From the NCBI GenBank assembly GCA_965207735.1, contig OZ242296.1, positions 1,728,001-1,792,000 of the forward strand: DNA of 64,000 bases. The letters are read 5' to 3'. Below the pieces are notes generated by a model. That model saw only the letters and a list, made by a program, of their open reading frames with translations, had not been told where the DNA came from and did not search any database. This document shows positions 27,007 to 37,500 of the stretch, piece by piece. The position numbers were made by a program, and so were the translations under genes. Source of the DNA: Candidatus Versatilivorator sp. Lineage in GTDB: Bacteria > Acidobacteriota > Terriglobia > Versatilivoradales > Versatilivoraceae. The first letter of the stretch is position 1; the number at the start of each line of letters is the position of its first letter.

Positions 27007-29847
27007 ATGTATCGATCGAGCCAGTTTCACCCCTCCAGCATGGCAGTGCTTCTGCTCCTACCGGCGCTGGCCCTCTGCGGTCTGTCAGGCCCGGCCTGGA
27101 GTCAGGCGTCCGAAGCGGAGGAGTTGTTCGAAAGAAAGATCCGGCCGCTGTTTATCCGGCACTGCACGGCCTGCCACAACTCCGAGCTGGCTACCGCCGG
27201 GCTGGATCTCTCGACCGCCGAAGGGTTCCACCAGGGGGTGGCCGGCAGCCCTCTGATCTCGGCCGAATCTGTCTCTCAAAGCCGCCTCCTCAGAGCCGTT
27301 CGCTACCAGGACCCGGTCAAGATGCCACCGGCCGGCAAGCTGGACCCCGCCGAAATTGCCGATCTGGAAACCTGGATCCGGTTGGGAGCGCCCTGGCCCG
27401 AACCTTCGGCCGGGAGGGATGAGGACGCGGGAACGGCCCGTGAGGGATTTACAGCCCTCTGGTCCTTTGAGCCGGTGGCCGATCCCGAACCGCCGCCGGT
27501 AACCCGCCAGGACTGGGCCAGGACGCCCATCGACCGTTTCATTCTGGCCAAGCTGGAAGAGCAAGGTCTGGAACCGGCGCCTCCGGCCGACAAGCTGACC
27601 CTCCTGAGACGAGCCACTTTCGACTTGACGGGTCTGCCGCCTTCCGTCCGGGACATCGAGCGTTTCCTGAACGATACCTCCCCGGACGCCTTCGACAAAG
27701 TCATCGGGCGGCTGCTCGACTCACCGCGATACGGAGAGCACTGGGGCAGGCACTGGCTGGACGTGGCCCGCTACGCGGACTCCACCGGCAACGACGAGGA
27801 CCATAAGTACCCCCATGCCTGGCGCTACCGGGACTACGTGATCGATGTCTTCAACCGGGACCTTCCCTACGACGAATTCATCCTGGAACAGATCGCCGGA
27901 GACCTGCTTCCCAGGACAGGCCGCCTCGATACCGACCGGCGCAGGATCATCGCCACCGGGTTTCTGGCCCTGGGGCCCAAGGCCGTCGCCCAGCAGGACA
28001 AGATCCGGATGGTCTACGACGTCTACGACGAGCAGCTTGACGTGGTCTCCAAGAGCATTCTGGGATTGAGCATCACCTGCGCCCGCTGCCACGACCACAA
28101 GTTCGACCCCATCCTGACCCGGGACTACTACTCCCTGATCTCCGTCTTTGCCAGCACCCGCAGCTTCGTGGACCCGACGGCCCATGTCTCCGAAATGTTC
28201 ATGAAGCCCCTGGTCCTGCCCGAAGAGCACCAGGCCTATCTCGATCACAAGAAGAAAATCGACGACCGCAAGCAAGCCCAGGGGAAGCTGGTGGAGCAGG
28301 AAAAGGAAAGGTTCGCGGAGGCCGAAAGCCGGCGGCTGGCCGACTACATGCTGGCTGCCCATCGGGTCTACGCCCAAGGCGCCGATCCGGTGGAGCTGTC
28401 CCGCAAGCTCGATCTTCGAGAAACGATCCTGGAACGCTGGTCCGGCTATCTCAAGCCCGGCCAGGGGTTCCGCCCCCATCTGCTGGCCTGGCGCAGGTCC
28501 GGGGAGGACCAGCGTGCTCCAGTCGCCAAGGACTATCAGGAGAAATTCCGACAGCGCCTGCACGAGTGGAACCGGGAACTGGAGGCCTGGCGGCAGCGGG
28601 TCGAGAAGGCCGGGCCGGAGGAAGCCAAGGAAGACCGGCCCAAGTTCATCCCCGGCAGGGATCGTTTCTTCCACGAAGTCTATCTGCAGGGCAACCCGAG
28701 GGACGATAGCTACCAGACCCCGTTCATCCTCAAGCCCAGCGACACCCAACTTTTCTCCGAAGAACACAGGGAAACCATCGCACAGCTCCAGAAAGAGATC
28801 GAGCAGTTGGAGAAGGAAGCTCCTCCTGAACCGGACATGGCCAACGCCGTGGAGGACGGAGAGGTGGTCGAGCAGAAGGTTTTCGTCCGAGGCGATCCCG
28901 CCAATCCGGGCGAGGAAGCTCCCAAGATCTCTCCCAGGGTGTTCGACACCCGGTGCAAGCCCATGGACGCAAGCCACGGCAGCGGCCGCCTGCAGCTGGC
29001 CCGCTGGCTCATCCAGCCGGAGCATCCGCTCACGGCTCGTGTGATGGTCAACCGGGTCTGGCACTGGCACTTCGGGCAAGGCCTGGTGCGGACGCCGGAC
29101 AACTTTGGAGCCAAAGGGGAGGCGCCGACCCATCCCCGACTGCTGGACTTTCTGGCCCGAGAGTTCAGGGAGAACGGCTGGTCCCTGAAATACCTCCACC
29201 GATCGATCATGCGGTCCCGCACTTACCAGATGGCGAGCACGCACTCGGAGCTGACGGCCCGAACCGACCCCAGGAACCTCTGGTTGTCCCATTTCCCCAG
29301 GCGGCGGCTGAAGGTGGAAGAAATCCGTGACGGCATGCTGGCCCTGGACGACTCGCTCGACCTGAAGATGGGGGGCACTTTGCAGAGCGGGACCGGATAC
29401 CAGCCCGAGAACAGCAGTGAGCGGCTGAGCATCGACCCGGAGACCCAGCGCCTCCGCACCGTCTATCTGCCTTTGCGCCGCGCCAATCTGCCCCCGCTGC
29501 TCAACCTGTTCGACTTCGGCGACGCCACCACTTCCTCGGGAGAGCGCCTCCAGACCAACGTGGCGCCCCAGGCCCTGTTCATGCTCAACAGCCAATTCGT
29601 GGAGACACGCTCCCGCGGGCTGGCCGAGCTTCTGCTGAAGGACCCGAACTCCAGTGACCGGGAGCGGCTGAATCTTGCCCATCTCAGGACCCTGAGTCGA
29701 CACCCTCAAAGTGAGGAACTGGACCAGGCCCTGGATTACATCCGGGGATTTCAGGAGCGGTCGCCGGGCGACGAGAGCCGACTCCAGGGTTGGCAGAGTT
29801 ACTGCAAGGCCCTGCTGTCCTCCAATGCGTTCATATACGTGGATTGA
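27007..29847 (+). CDS. Planctomycete cytochrome c + DUF1549/DUF1553 (PSD1) protein
   Basis: HCTACH, PIDRFI, YGEHWGRHWLDVARYAD, CARCHDHKFDPI, ARVMVNRVW, APQALF; start uncertain (27007/27040). Confidence 0.9.
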   Translation: MYRSSQFHPSSMAVLLLLPALALCGLSGPAWSQASEAEELFERKIRPLFIRHCTACHNSELATAGLDLSTAEGFHQGVAGSPLISAESVSQSRLLRAVRYQDPVKMPPAGKLDPAEIADLETWIRLGAPWPEPSAGRDEDAGTAREGFTALWSFEPVADPEPPPVTRQDWARTPIDRFILAKLEEQGLEPAPPADKLTLLRRATFDLTGLPPSVRDIERFLNDTSPDAFDKVIGRLLDSPRYGEHWGRHWLDVARYADSTGNDEDHKYPHAWRYRDYVIDVFNRDLPYDEFILEQIAGDLLPRTGRLDTDRRRIIATGFLALGPKAVAQQDKIRMVYDVYDEQLDVVSKSILGLSITCARCHDHKFDPILTRDYYSLISVFASTRSFVDPTAHVSEMFMKPLVLPEEHQAYLDHKKKIDDRKQAQGKLVEQEKERFAEAESRRLADYMLAAHRVYAQGADPVELSRKLDLRETILERWSGYLKPGQGFRPHLLAWRRSGEDQRAPVAKDYQEKFRQRLHEWNRELEAWRQRVEKAGPEEAKEDRPKFIPGRDRFFHEVYLQGNPRDDSYQTPFILKPSDTQLFSEEHRETIAQLQKEIEQLEKEAPPEPDMANAVEDGEVVEQKVFVRGDPANPGEEAPKISPRVFDTRCKPMDASHGSGRLQLARWLIQPEHPLTARVMVNRVWHWHFGQGLVRTPDNFGAKGEAPTHPRLLDFLAREFRENGWSLKYLHRSIMRSRTYQMASTHSELTARTDPRNLWLSHFPRRRLKVEEIRDGMLALDDSLDLKMGGTLQSGTGYQPENSSERLSIDPETQRLRTVYLPLRRANLPPLLNLFDFGDATTSSGERLQTNVAPQALFMLNSQFVETRSRGLAELLLKDPNSSDRERLNLAHLRTLSRHPQSEELDQALDYIRGFQERSPGDESRLQGWQSYCKALLSSNAFIYVD

Positions 29848-29865
29848 CGGCCCCGCGCTCTGACA

Positions 29866-31341
29866 ATGGATACGATCATGAATGATCTCCATTCCCTCGA
29901 CCGAAGACTCCAAGTGCCGGTGTCCCGGCGCGCCATGTTGCGGGCTTCGGCCGGCGGATTCGGATTTCTGGGTCTGGCCGGATTGCTTGCCGAGGAATCG
30001 GGCCTGCTGGCCTCGCCCTCGGGAAACCCGCTGGCCCAGAGGCCACCCCATTACAAGCCCAGAGCCAAGCGGGTCATCTTCCTCTTCATGCACGGAGGTC
30101 CTTCGGGGATCGACATTCTGGACCCCAAGAAACGCCTGACCCGCGACCACGGCAAACCGCTTCCCATCGAGCGGCCTTTGGCCTTTGACGACGAGAACCC
30201 GGCGGGACCGCTGATGCAGTCACCCTGGGAGTTTCGGCCCGGCGGCCAAAGCGGGCTTCCCGTCAGCGATCTCTTTCCCCACGTCCGCGCCTGTGCCGAC
30301 GACCTCTGCGTGATTCGTTCCATGGTCGGAGAGGGTGTTGACCATGGCGCCGCCATGCTCCAGACCTTCACCGGCACCAGCACCTTCGTGCGGCCCAGCA
30401 TGGGATCCTGGGTTGTCTATGGACTGGGAACGGAGAACCGGAACCTGCCGGGATTCATCATGATCAAGCCGGCCCTCTCCCACGGAGGCGCCAAGAACTG
30501 GGGCTCGGCCTTCCTGCCGGGGGCCTATCAGGGCACGGCTGTCGGACATGGAGGTCTCTATGTCAAGGATGTCCGGAAGGAGCCCATCCGTTACCTCCTG
30601 AATGAGCGCTATTCACCCGAGCTGGCCCGCTACGAGCTCGACATGCTGCAGAACATCAATCGGCGGCACCGGGTGCTTCGTCAGCACGACCCCGAGCTGG
30701 AAGCGCGCATCCAGGCCTTCGAGCTGGCCTTTCGGATGCAGGCGGCGGCACCGGAAGTGTTTGAAGTGGAAAAGGAATCGGAACCCACCCGGAAGCTCTA
30801 CGGCCTGGACGACCCGCTGACCGCCGACTTCGGCTGGCAGTGCCTGCTGGCCAGGCGCATGGCCGAACGGGGGGTCCGCTACATTCAGTGCACTCACACC
30901 TACATGCCCGGCGGAGTCGGCTGGGACCAGCACGGTGAGCTCTACGCCAAGCATACCGACAACGCCCGGCAGGTCGACCGCCCCATAGCCGGCTTGCTGA
31001 AGGACCTGAAGGCGCGGGGACTGCTGGAGGATACGCTGGTTATCTGGGCCGGCGAGTTCGGCCGCACCCCCGTATCCCAGAACGGCGACGGCCGGGACCA
31101 CAACCCCTACGGCTATTCCATCTGGATGGCGGGGGGCGGAGTCAAGGGCGGCTTTGCCTACGGGGCCACCGACGAATTCGGCTACCACGCGGTCGAGGAC
31201 CGCATGCACATTCACGATTTCCACGCCACCGTGCTCCACCTGCTGGGGATCGACCACGAAAAACTGACCTACACCTACGGCGGCCGGAACTTTCGCTTGA
31301 CCGACGTGGCCGGCGTGGTGGCTCACAAGATTCTGGCGTAG
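29866..31341 (+). CDS. DUF1501 protein (Tat-exported)
   Basis: SRRAML, FLFMHGGPS, GEFGRTP, GRDHNP, DFHATVLHLLG. Confidence 0.92.
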   Translation: MDTIMNDLHSLDRRLQVPVSRRAMLRASAGGFGFLGLAGLLAEESGLLASPSGNPLAQRPPHYKPRAKRVIFLFMHGGPSGIDILDPKKRLTRDHGKPLPIERPLAFDDENPAGPLMQSPWEFRPGGQSGLPVSDLFPHVRACADDLCVIRSMVGEGVDHGAAMLQTFTGTSTFVRPSMGSWVVYGLGTENRNLPGFIMIKPALSHGGAKNWGSAFLPGAYQGTAVGHGGLYVKDVRKEPIRYLLNERYSPELARYELDMLQNINRRHRVLRQHDPELEARIQAFELAFRMQAAAPEVFEVEKESEPTRKLYGLDDPLTADFGWQCLLARRMAERGVRYIQCTHTYMPGGVGWDQHGELYAKHTDNARQVDRPIAGLLKDLKARGLLEDTLVIWAGEFGRTPVSQNGDGRDHNPYGYSIWMAGGGVKGGFAYGATDEFGYHAVEDRMHIHDFHATVLHLLGIDHEKLTYTYGGRNFRLTDVAGVVAHKILA

Positions 31342-31366
31342 CTTTCCCCCCACATCCCGGTCCCGA

Positions 31367-33082
31367 ATGAACCGCAGACAATTCTTGCAAACCCGGGCTG
31401 CCGGCTTCCCGGCAGCTCTGGTTGCCCTCACGGCCTCCGGTTCAGGCTCCGAACCGGCCCGCCGGGACCCCAACGCCCCGCCACGTGTCTTCCTCTTCAA
31501 CGACGGTCGCCACGTCGGAGGACTGGACAGCTTTGAGCCGCCGATCACCCCGGAAGACCACGGCTCCATCGCCGACCAACTGGCAGGAAGCGGTGTGGAC
31601 GCCCTGGTGCTGTTTGCGGCCGGAGCCCATGGGACGGTTCTCTATCCCAGTCGAGTGGCCGACCTGTGGGGGGATACGGTCGAGCGGTGGGACCACTATG
31701 TCTGGGGCAGAACGGCACGGGTCCTGCGGCAGTTGATCGCCGACGGTCACGATCCGCTGAAGCTCCTCTGCGACCGCTGCCACCATCACGGCATCCGCAT
31801 GATCCCCAGCACCTGGATCAGCCTTCACAGCGGCAACCGGCAAACCCATCAGAACCTGGGGCGCTGGTCGGCCTTCACCCTGGACAATCCCCAGTTCCAA
31901 GTGGGCGAGGACCCCGACCCCAGGGCGGCCGGCCTCTTGAAGACCCGTTTCAGCTTTCTCCACGCCGAGGTAAGGCAGGAGCGCTTTCGCCTCCTGTCGG
32001 AGATGCTCTCCGATTACGAGACCGATGGCGTCGAGTTGAATCTGACCTCGGCCATGCCCTATTGCCGGTTTAGTGAAGTCGACCGGCTGGCCCCACAGCT
32101 CACCCAATGGCTGCGGGACCTGCGCCGAGTGGCCGACCGGGCTCGGGACCGTCAGAAACGTCCCAAGCCGATCTACCTGCGCATTCCGGCTCATCCCGAT
32201 GCCTGGAAACTGGTGGGATACGAGGTCGGCCTGTGGGTCTCGGAAAAACTGGTGGACGGGCTCTTCTGCGAGAGCAGCTTCACCGAGGAAGAAGGCGTGG
32301 ACCAGGACGTCGATCTGGCCCCGGTGGCGGCCTTGGCACGCGGCACCCAATGCCGGGTTTACTACGCCTTCCACACCAACCTTTATCGGCAATTCGCGCG
32401 CAGCGCCACCCCGGCCATGATTTGGGCCGCCGCCGCCAACGCTTACGGCCAGGGCGCCGACGGCTTCGCCATCGCCGACCATGTCTGGGCTCCCAACGGA
32501 TGGCCCTGGACCCCGCGGGAGCATGAAGCGCTGCGCCTGCTGGGGCACCCCGAGCTTCTGGCCCAGTCCGACAAGCACTACCTGGTGCGCTCCGACATCC
32601 GGGACGAGGCTACGGCCGGCTGGTTGCCCGGAAGGAAGATTCAGCTCCCCAGGGAGCTGGATCCCGGAGAATCCCACCGGGTGACGTTCCGGGTCGCCGA
32701 CGACCTACAGCACTGGCGCCGATTGGGGCGGGTCAAGTCCGTGGTGCTGCGAGTCCGTTTCCGGGACATCCTCCCCCACTACGACAGGGTCGAGGTCAAC
32801 CTCAACGAGCAGAAGCTGCCCGATTCCATTCTCCGGAAGGTGGACATGACCTACCGGCTGGTGGATCAGCAGTCCAGCACCCATTCCATCACGCCCTACG
32901 GCTATGCCTACGACTTCCATCTCGACCCCGCCCGCTACCCCAGGAGAGGCCGAAACCGGTTGAGGGTCAAGCTCCTCAGGCGAGACCCCCACATCGTCGG
33001 CCGGCTGGCCCTGGTGCGGGTCGACTGCCGCATCCAGTATCGACGCCATCGACACTTCGAAGACCAACCCATCGAATATTGA
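31367..33082 (+). CDS. Tat-exported TIM-barrel glycoside-hydrolase-like protein
   Basis: MNRRQFL Tat motif; FLFNDG, DPLKLL, DGVELN, WVSEKLVDG, YGQGADG suggest a GHL10-like fold. Confidence 0.6.
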   Translation: MNRRQFLQTRAAGFPAALVALTASGSGSEPARRDPNAPPRVFLFNDGRHVGGLDSFEPPITPEDHGSIADQLAGSGVDALVLFAAGAHGTVLYPSRVADLWGDTVERWDHYVWGRTARVLRQLIADGHDPLKLLCDRCHHHGIRMIPSTWISLHSGNRQTHQNLGRWSAFTLDNPQFQVGEDPDPRAAGLLKTRFSFLHAEVRQERFRLLSEMLSDYETDGVELNLTSAMPYCRFSEVDRLAPQLTQWLRDLRRVADRARDRQKRPKPIYLRIPAHPDAWKLVGYEVGLWVSEKLVDGLFCESSFTEEEGVDQDVDLAPVAALARGTQCRVYYAFHTNLYRQFARSATPAMIWAAAANAYGQGADGFAIADHVWAPNGWPWTPREHEALRLLGHPELLAQSDKHYLVRSDIRDEATAGWLPGRKIQLPRELDPGESHRVTFRVADDLQHWRRLGRVKSVVLRVRFRDILPHYDRVEVNLNEQKLPDSILRKVDMTYRLVDQQSSTHSITPYGYAYDFHLDPARYPRRGRNRLRVKLLRRDPHIVGRLALVRVDCRIQYRRHRHFEDQPIEY

Positions 33083-33107
33083 ACGACTGCGGAAGGATTT
33101 CTGGCGG

Positions 33108-34595
33108 TTACAGGAGGATTGCCTGCGGCACCTCGCCGGCGACATCCGTGAGACGGAAATCGCGCCCGGCGTGGCGGTAGGTGAGCCTGGTGTGGTCCAG
33201 CCCCATCAGGTGGAGCACGGTGGCGTGAAAATCGTTGAAGGTCATCTTGTTTTCCACGGCATACCAGCCGAACTCGTCGGTGGCGCCGTAGCGAATCCCG
33301 GGCTTGATCCCGCCGCCCGCCATCCAGATGGTGAACCCGGTGGGGTTGTGGTCGCGCCCGTCCTTTCCCTGCACCGCGGGTGAGCGCCCGAACTCGGTGC
33401 CGAAGATGACCAGGGTGTCCTCCAGCAACCCGCGGCTCTTGAGGTCCTTGAGCAATCCCGCGATCGGCTTGTCGACCTTGAGGGCGTTCTTCTGGTGATT
33501 CTCCCGCAACTTGGAATGCTGATCCCAGTAGTTTCTGGGATAGCTGTGCGACACCTGCACGAAACGCACTCCCCGCTCGGCCAGGCGCCGGGCCAGCAGG
33601 CACTGGCGCCCATACTCGTCGGTGGGCTCCACTCCGATGCCGTAGAGATCCAGGGTGCGCTTGGACTCCCTGGAGAAATCCAGGGCTTCGGGGGCGTGGC
33701 GCTGCATGCGAAAGGCCAGCTCGAAGGCCTGGATGCGGGCTTCCAGCCGGGCATCGTAAGCGATCGAGCCGAGATGCCGCCGGTTCCAGGCCCCCATCAG
33801 GTCGAGCTGCCGGCGTTGCACCGCGAGGTCCCTCCCCTCGGCCTTCAGATTGGGGATTTTCCCCTGGACGAACTGGGTGGCTCCATCGCCGATCCCCGTT
33901 CCCTGGTAGACCGCGGGCAGAAACGCCGACCCGAAATTCTGACCCCCGCCATGGATGTAGGGAGGCGAAATATTGATAAATCCGGGGAGGTTGTGGTTGT
34001 CGGTTCCCAGGCCGTAGAGGATCCAGGATCCCATGCTCGGCCGGATCAGGATTCCATCCCCGGTGTGGAGCTGCAGGGCGGCGCCGCCGTGAGAGACAAA
34101 GTCGCCCGTCATGGAATGAATCATGCAGAGGTCATCCACACAGGTGGCGATATGGGGGAAGAGAGCGCTCACCGGTTGGCCGCATTCCCCGTACCGGCGG
34201 AATTCCCAGGGAGACTTCAACAGGTTTCCCGTCTCGGCGAAGGTGATCTCGGGCTTGGGAAACGGCAAGGGCTTACCGTTCATCTCCGTCAGCTTGGGCT
34301 TGGGATCGAAGGTGTCGATGTGGGAGACGCCGCCATGCAGAAACAGGAAGATGACCCGCTTGGCCCTGGGTCGGAAATGGGTTGGCTTCGGCCCGAGAGG
34401 ATTGAGATCCCGAGATGGAGTCTGCGCGTCCCGAGCCTCCAGCGAGGACAATCCGGCGAAGGCCAGGTACCCGAAGCCGCAGGCGGCCCGACGCAACAGA
34501 TCGCGCCGGGAAAGCGGTCCGGGCTGGAAAGCCGGGGGGACTGTCGAAGGGTCGCTCATGCCGGTAATTTCGAGAAGAAAAAGCTCCGTTCTCAC
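33108..34595 (-). CDS. DUF1501 protein (Tat-exported)
   Basis: SRRDLL, GGVSHIDTFDPKP, TEFGRSP, GRDHNP; alternative start 34559. Confidence 0.92.
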   Translation of the reverse strand: MRTELFLLEITGMSDPSTVPPAFQPGPLSRRDLLRRAACGFGYLAFAGLSSLEARDAQTPSRDLNPLGPKPTHFRPRAKRVIFLFLHGGVSHIDTFDPKPKLTEMNGKPLPFPKPEITFAETGNLLKSPWEFRRYGECGQPVSALFPHIATCVDDLCMIHSMTGDFVSHGGAALQLHTGDGILIRPSMGSWILYGLGTDNHNLPGFINISPPYIHGGGQNFGSAFLPAVYQGTGIGDGATQFVQGKIPNLKAEGRDLAVQRRQLDLMGAWNRRHLGSIAYDARLEARIQAFELAFRMQRHAPEALDFSRESKRTLDLYGIGVEPTDEYGRQCLLARRLAERGVRFVQVSHSYPRNYWDQHSKLRENHQKNALKVDKPIAGLLKDLKSRGLLEDTLVIFGTEFGRSPAVQGKDGRDHNPTGFTIWMAGGGIKPGIRYGATDEFGWYAVENKMTFNDFHATVLHLMGLDHTRLTYRHAGRDFRLTDVAGEVPQAILL

Positions 34596-37500
34596 TCAAT
34601 ATACATGAATTCATTGAGGCCGAACAGTAGCTGGCAATAACTGGCCCAGGCCTCCTGCCGGCCCTCCGCGCCCTCGGCCTCGCCCGAGCCCCGTGTCCGA
34701 GAGTAGGCTGCCAGGTAGGCCAGTGCTTGCTCGGTCTCCCGGTCGGAGGGGGGGCGGGCCAAAACCTTACGATGGGCCAGCTCCACCCGTTTCCGGTCAT
34801 CGGCGCCCTCCCGGGAGAGCAGGTTCTCAGCGAAATGGCGAGCCTGCTCCAGCACGAAAGGGCTATTCAAAAGGAACAGTGCCTGCGGAGCCACGGTGGA
34901 GTCGCCGCGCCTGCTGGTTACGGCGTTGGAACCGGCAAAGTCGAAGAGCTGGAACATGGGAAAGATCTGATTCCGGACCACCGGGAGGTAGAGGCTGCGG
35001 CGCCCGCTCCGGTAGGCGTCGAAGCCATAGCCCCCCTTCCCCGCCGAGAACAGGCCGCGGTAGTAGTCGTCCACCGCGGACTTGCCCTTGTAGTCGAAGA
35101 TGGACCCGCCCATGGCCCGCTCCAGCCTGCCGCTGAGGGCCAAGATGGCATCGCGCAGGGCTTCCGCCTCCAGGCGGCGGCGCGGGAACCTCCAGAGCAG
35201 GCGGTTGCCGGCATCCGCAACCTCGGCGGCGGGGTTGGAAACGCCGCTCTGCATCCGGTAGACGCTGGAGTTCAGGATCAGCCGGTGCAACTGCTTGACG
35301 GACCATCCCGACTCCATGAAATAGGCCGCCAATCGATCCAGCAACTCCGGATGAGAGGGCCGCTCCCCCAGGGTTCCGAAGTTGTCGCTGCTGGCCACCA
35401 GGCCGGTTCCGAAATGCCACTGCCAGATCCGGTTGACCATCACCCGCGCCGTCAGGGGGTTGTCGGGGCGGGCAATGAACCGCGCCAGCTCCAGGCGGCC
35501 GCTCTGGTCGCTGTCGACGATCCCGTTATGACCCCGATCCAGGATCTGAAGAAAACGACGGGGGACCAACTTGCCGGGATTGTGGTGGTTTCCGCGGACC
35601 AGGATCCGCATGGGAGCCGCGCCTCCATCCTTGACCGCCATCACCGTCAGCGGGTCCCGCGGCGGTCTGGAACAGTCCCCGGCCGCAAACACTTCCACTT
35701 CCGCCATATGCAGATAGGAGGTCTCTTCTTCCCGGGGCCCCAGCAGTTCCACCCGCACGATCCGGCCGGTGGTTCCCGGGGGCGGACAAATGCGAAATCC
35801 CTCGGCCGGGGTCGGAAACTCCTCGGCATCCGGACCCTCGGGGAAAAAGGTCTGATTCCACACCTCCTGTCGCTGGTCGGTCAGCACCGAGACCCGAAAG
35901 TTGGAAAGGCGCTTGAATTCGGCATCCACGCGATTCCACAAGACCACCATGCCTATGGGACCGCTTTCGGCCAGCTTCACCTCCCACCAGGGGCTGGCGT
36001 CTCCCTCGTCGGTCTCCTGGCGGTTGTTGAAGACCCCGTCGATCGCCTTGTCGGGGGTGGCCTCGCACCTGGTGCTGGACTGGCTGGCCTCGCCCAAGGG
36101 AGCCAGGCTGGGCGCGGGAGCGGGAAACCGTTCCGGGTACCGCTTGCGCAGCTCGCTCATCAGGGGCCATTCCTGCCACTTGGAGGCGAACTCCAGATCG
36201 GCCATGGTCCGGGTGCCCTTGAAGATGGCGGCCAGGGAGTAGTAGTCGGCGGTGGGGATGGGGTCGAACTTGTGGTCGTGGCAGCGGCTGCAGGCCAGGG
36301 TCAGGCCCAGGAAGGTGCGCCCTGTAACGTCGATCTGCTCATCGGCCACGTCCAGAATGAACTTCTTCTTGTCCTGCTCCGCCAGGGCCTTGGGACCCAG
36401 CACCAGGAACCCGGTAGCCACCATCCGGTCGCGGAAGGCCCGCCAGTCGGCGTCTCCCGAAAGGAGGTCGCCGGCAAGCTGCTCCAGAATGAATCGATCG
36501 TAGGGCTTGTCCTGGTTGAAGGCCCGCACCACGTAATCGCGGTAGCGGTAGGCATAGCGCATGATGTAGTTGCCGTCATGGGCGGTGGTGTCGGCATAGC
36601 GGACCACGTCCAGCCAGTGGCGGGCCCAGCGCTCGCCGTAGTGCGGCGAGTCCAGCAGGCGCTCCACCAGGTTCTCGTAGGCCTGGGGCAAGGGGTCATT
36701 GACAAAGGCTTCGACCTCCACGGGCTCCGGAGGCAGACCCAGCAGGTTGAAGTAAAGCCGGCGAATCAGTCTCCGGCGGTCCGCGGCGGGAGCCGGCCGC
36801 AGACCCTCGGCCTCCAGCTTGGCCAGGATGAACCGGTCCAGCCAGGTGCGGGGCCACGCCCGGTCCTCTACTGCCGGAGGCTCGCTGAGAGTCACGGGCT
36901 GGAAGGCCCAAAAGGATTTTTCTTCCTCGGTGAACTCGGCAACGGTCTCCGCCGGGTTCCAGGGAAGCAGGATGTCGTATTTTTCCCCCAGGTAGGCCTC
37001 CACCGACCGCCGCTCCGCCTCGGTGCGGGCGGTGTCGTAGAGAATCACTTCCGCCAGGTCGCCGCGGAACGAGATCCGGCCGGCGGTAACCTGGTTCAGC
37101 AGGGCCTGGACAGCCGGAAAACCCTCCGACTCTCGCCCGTTGAGGTACAAGCGGGTAGCGCCGTCCCCGATCCCCGGGTGGCGGGTCATGGCGATGATCC
37201 AGGGGCGGTTGCCGCCCGGCACGGCGCCGCTCCCCCCTGCCCCGCCAGTCCTGTCTACGGGTTCAAACCGGGCCACCGCAAGAACGGTCCCGACAGCATC
37301 CGAATCCTTGGCAAGAAGGACATCCGGACCCAGCAGTCGGCTCCGTCCCTCGAACCTGAGGGCCGGCTTGCCGTGCACCCGGCTTTCGGCAATCCATTCC
37401 GGCGCCGCGGCGCCGTCCGGCAGCTCCTCCGCGGCGGCAACCTTCCAGTGGTTGCCGCGCCCGCTGGCATCCTGCCAGGCCTTGAGGGTCTCGTCCTCCT

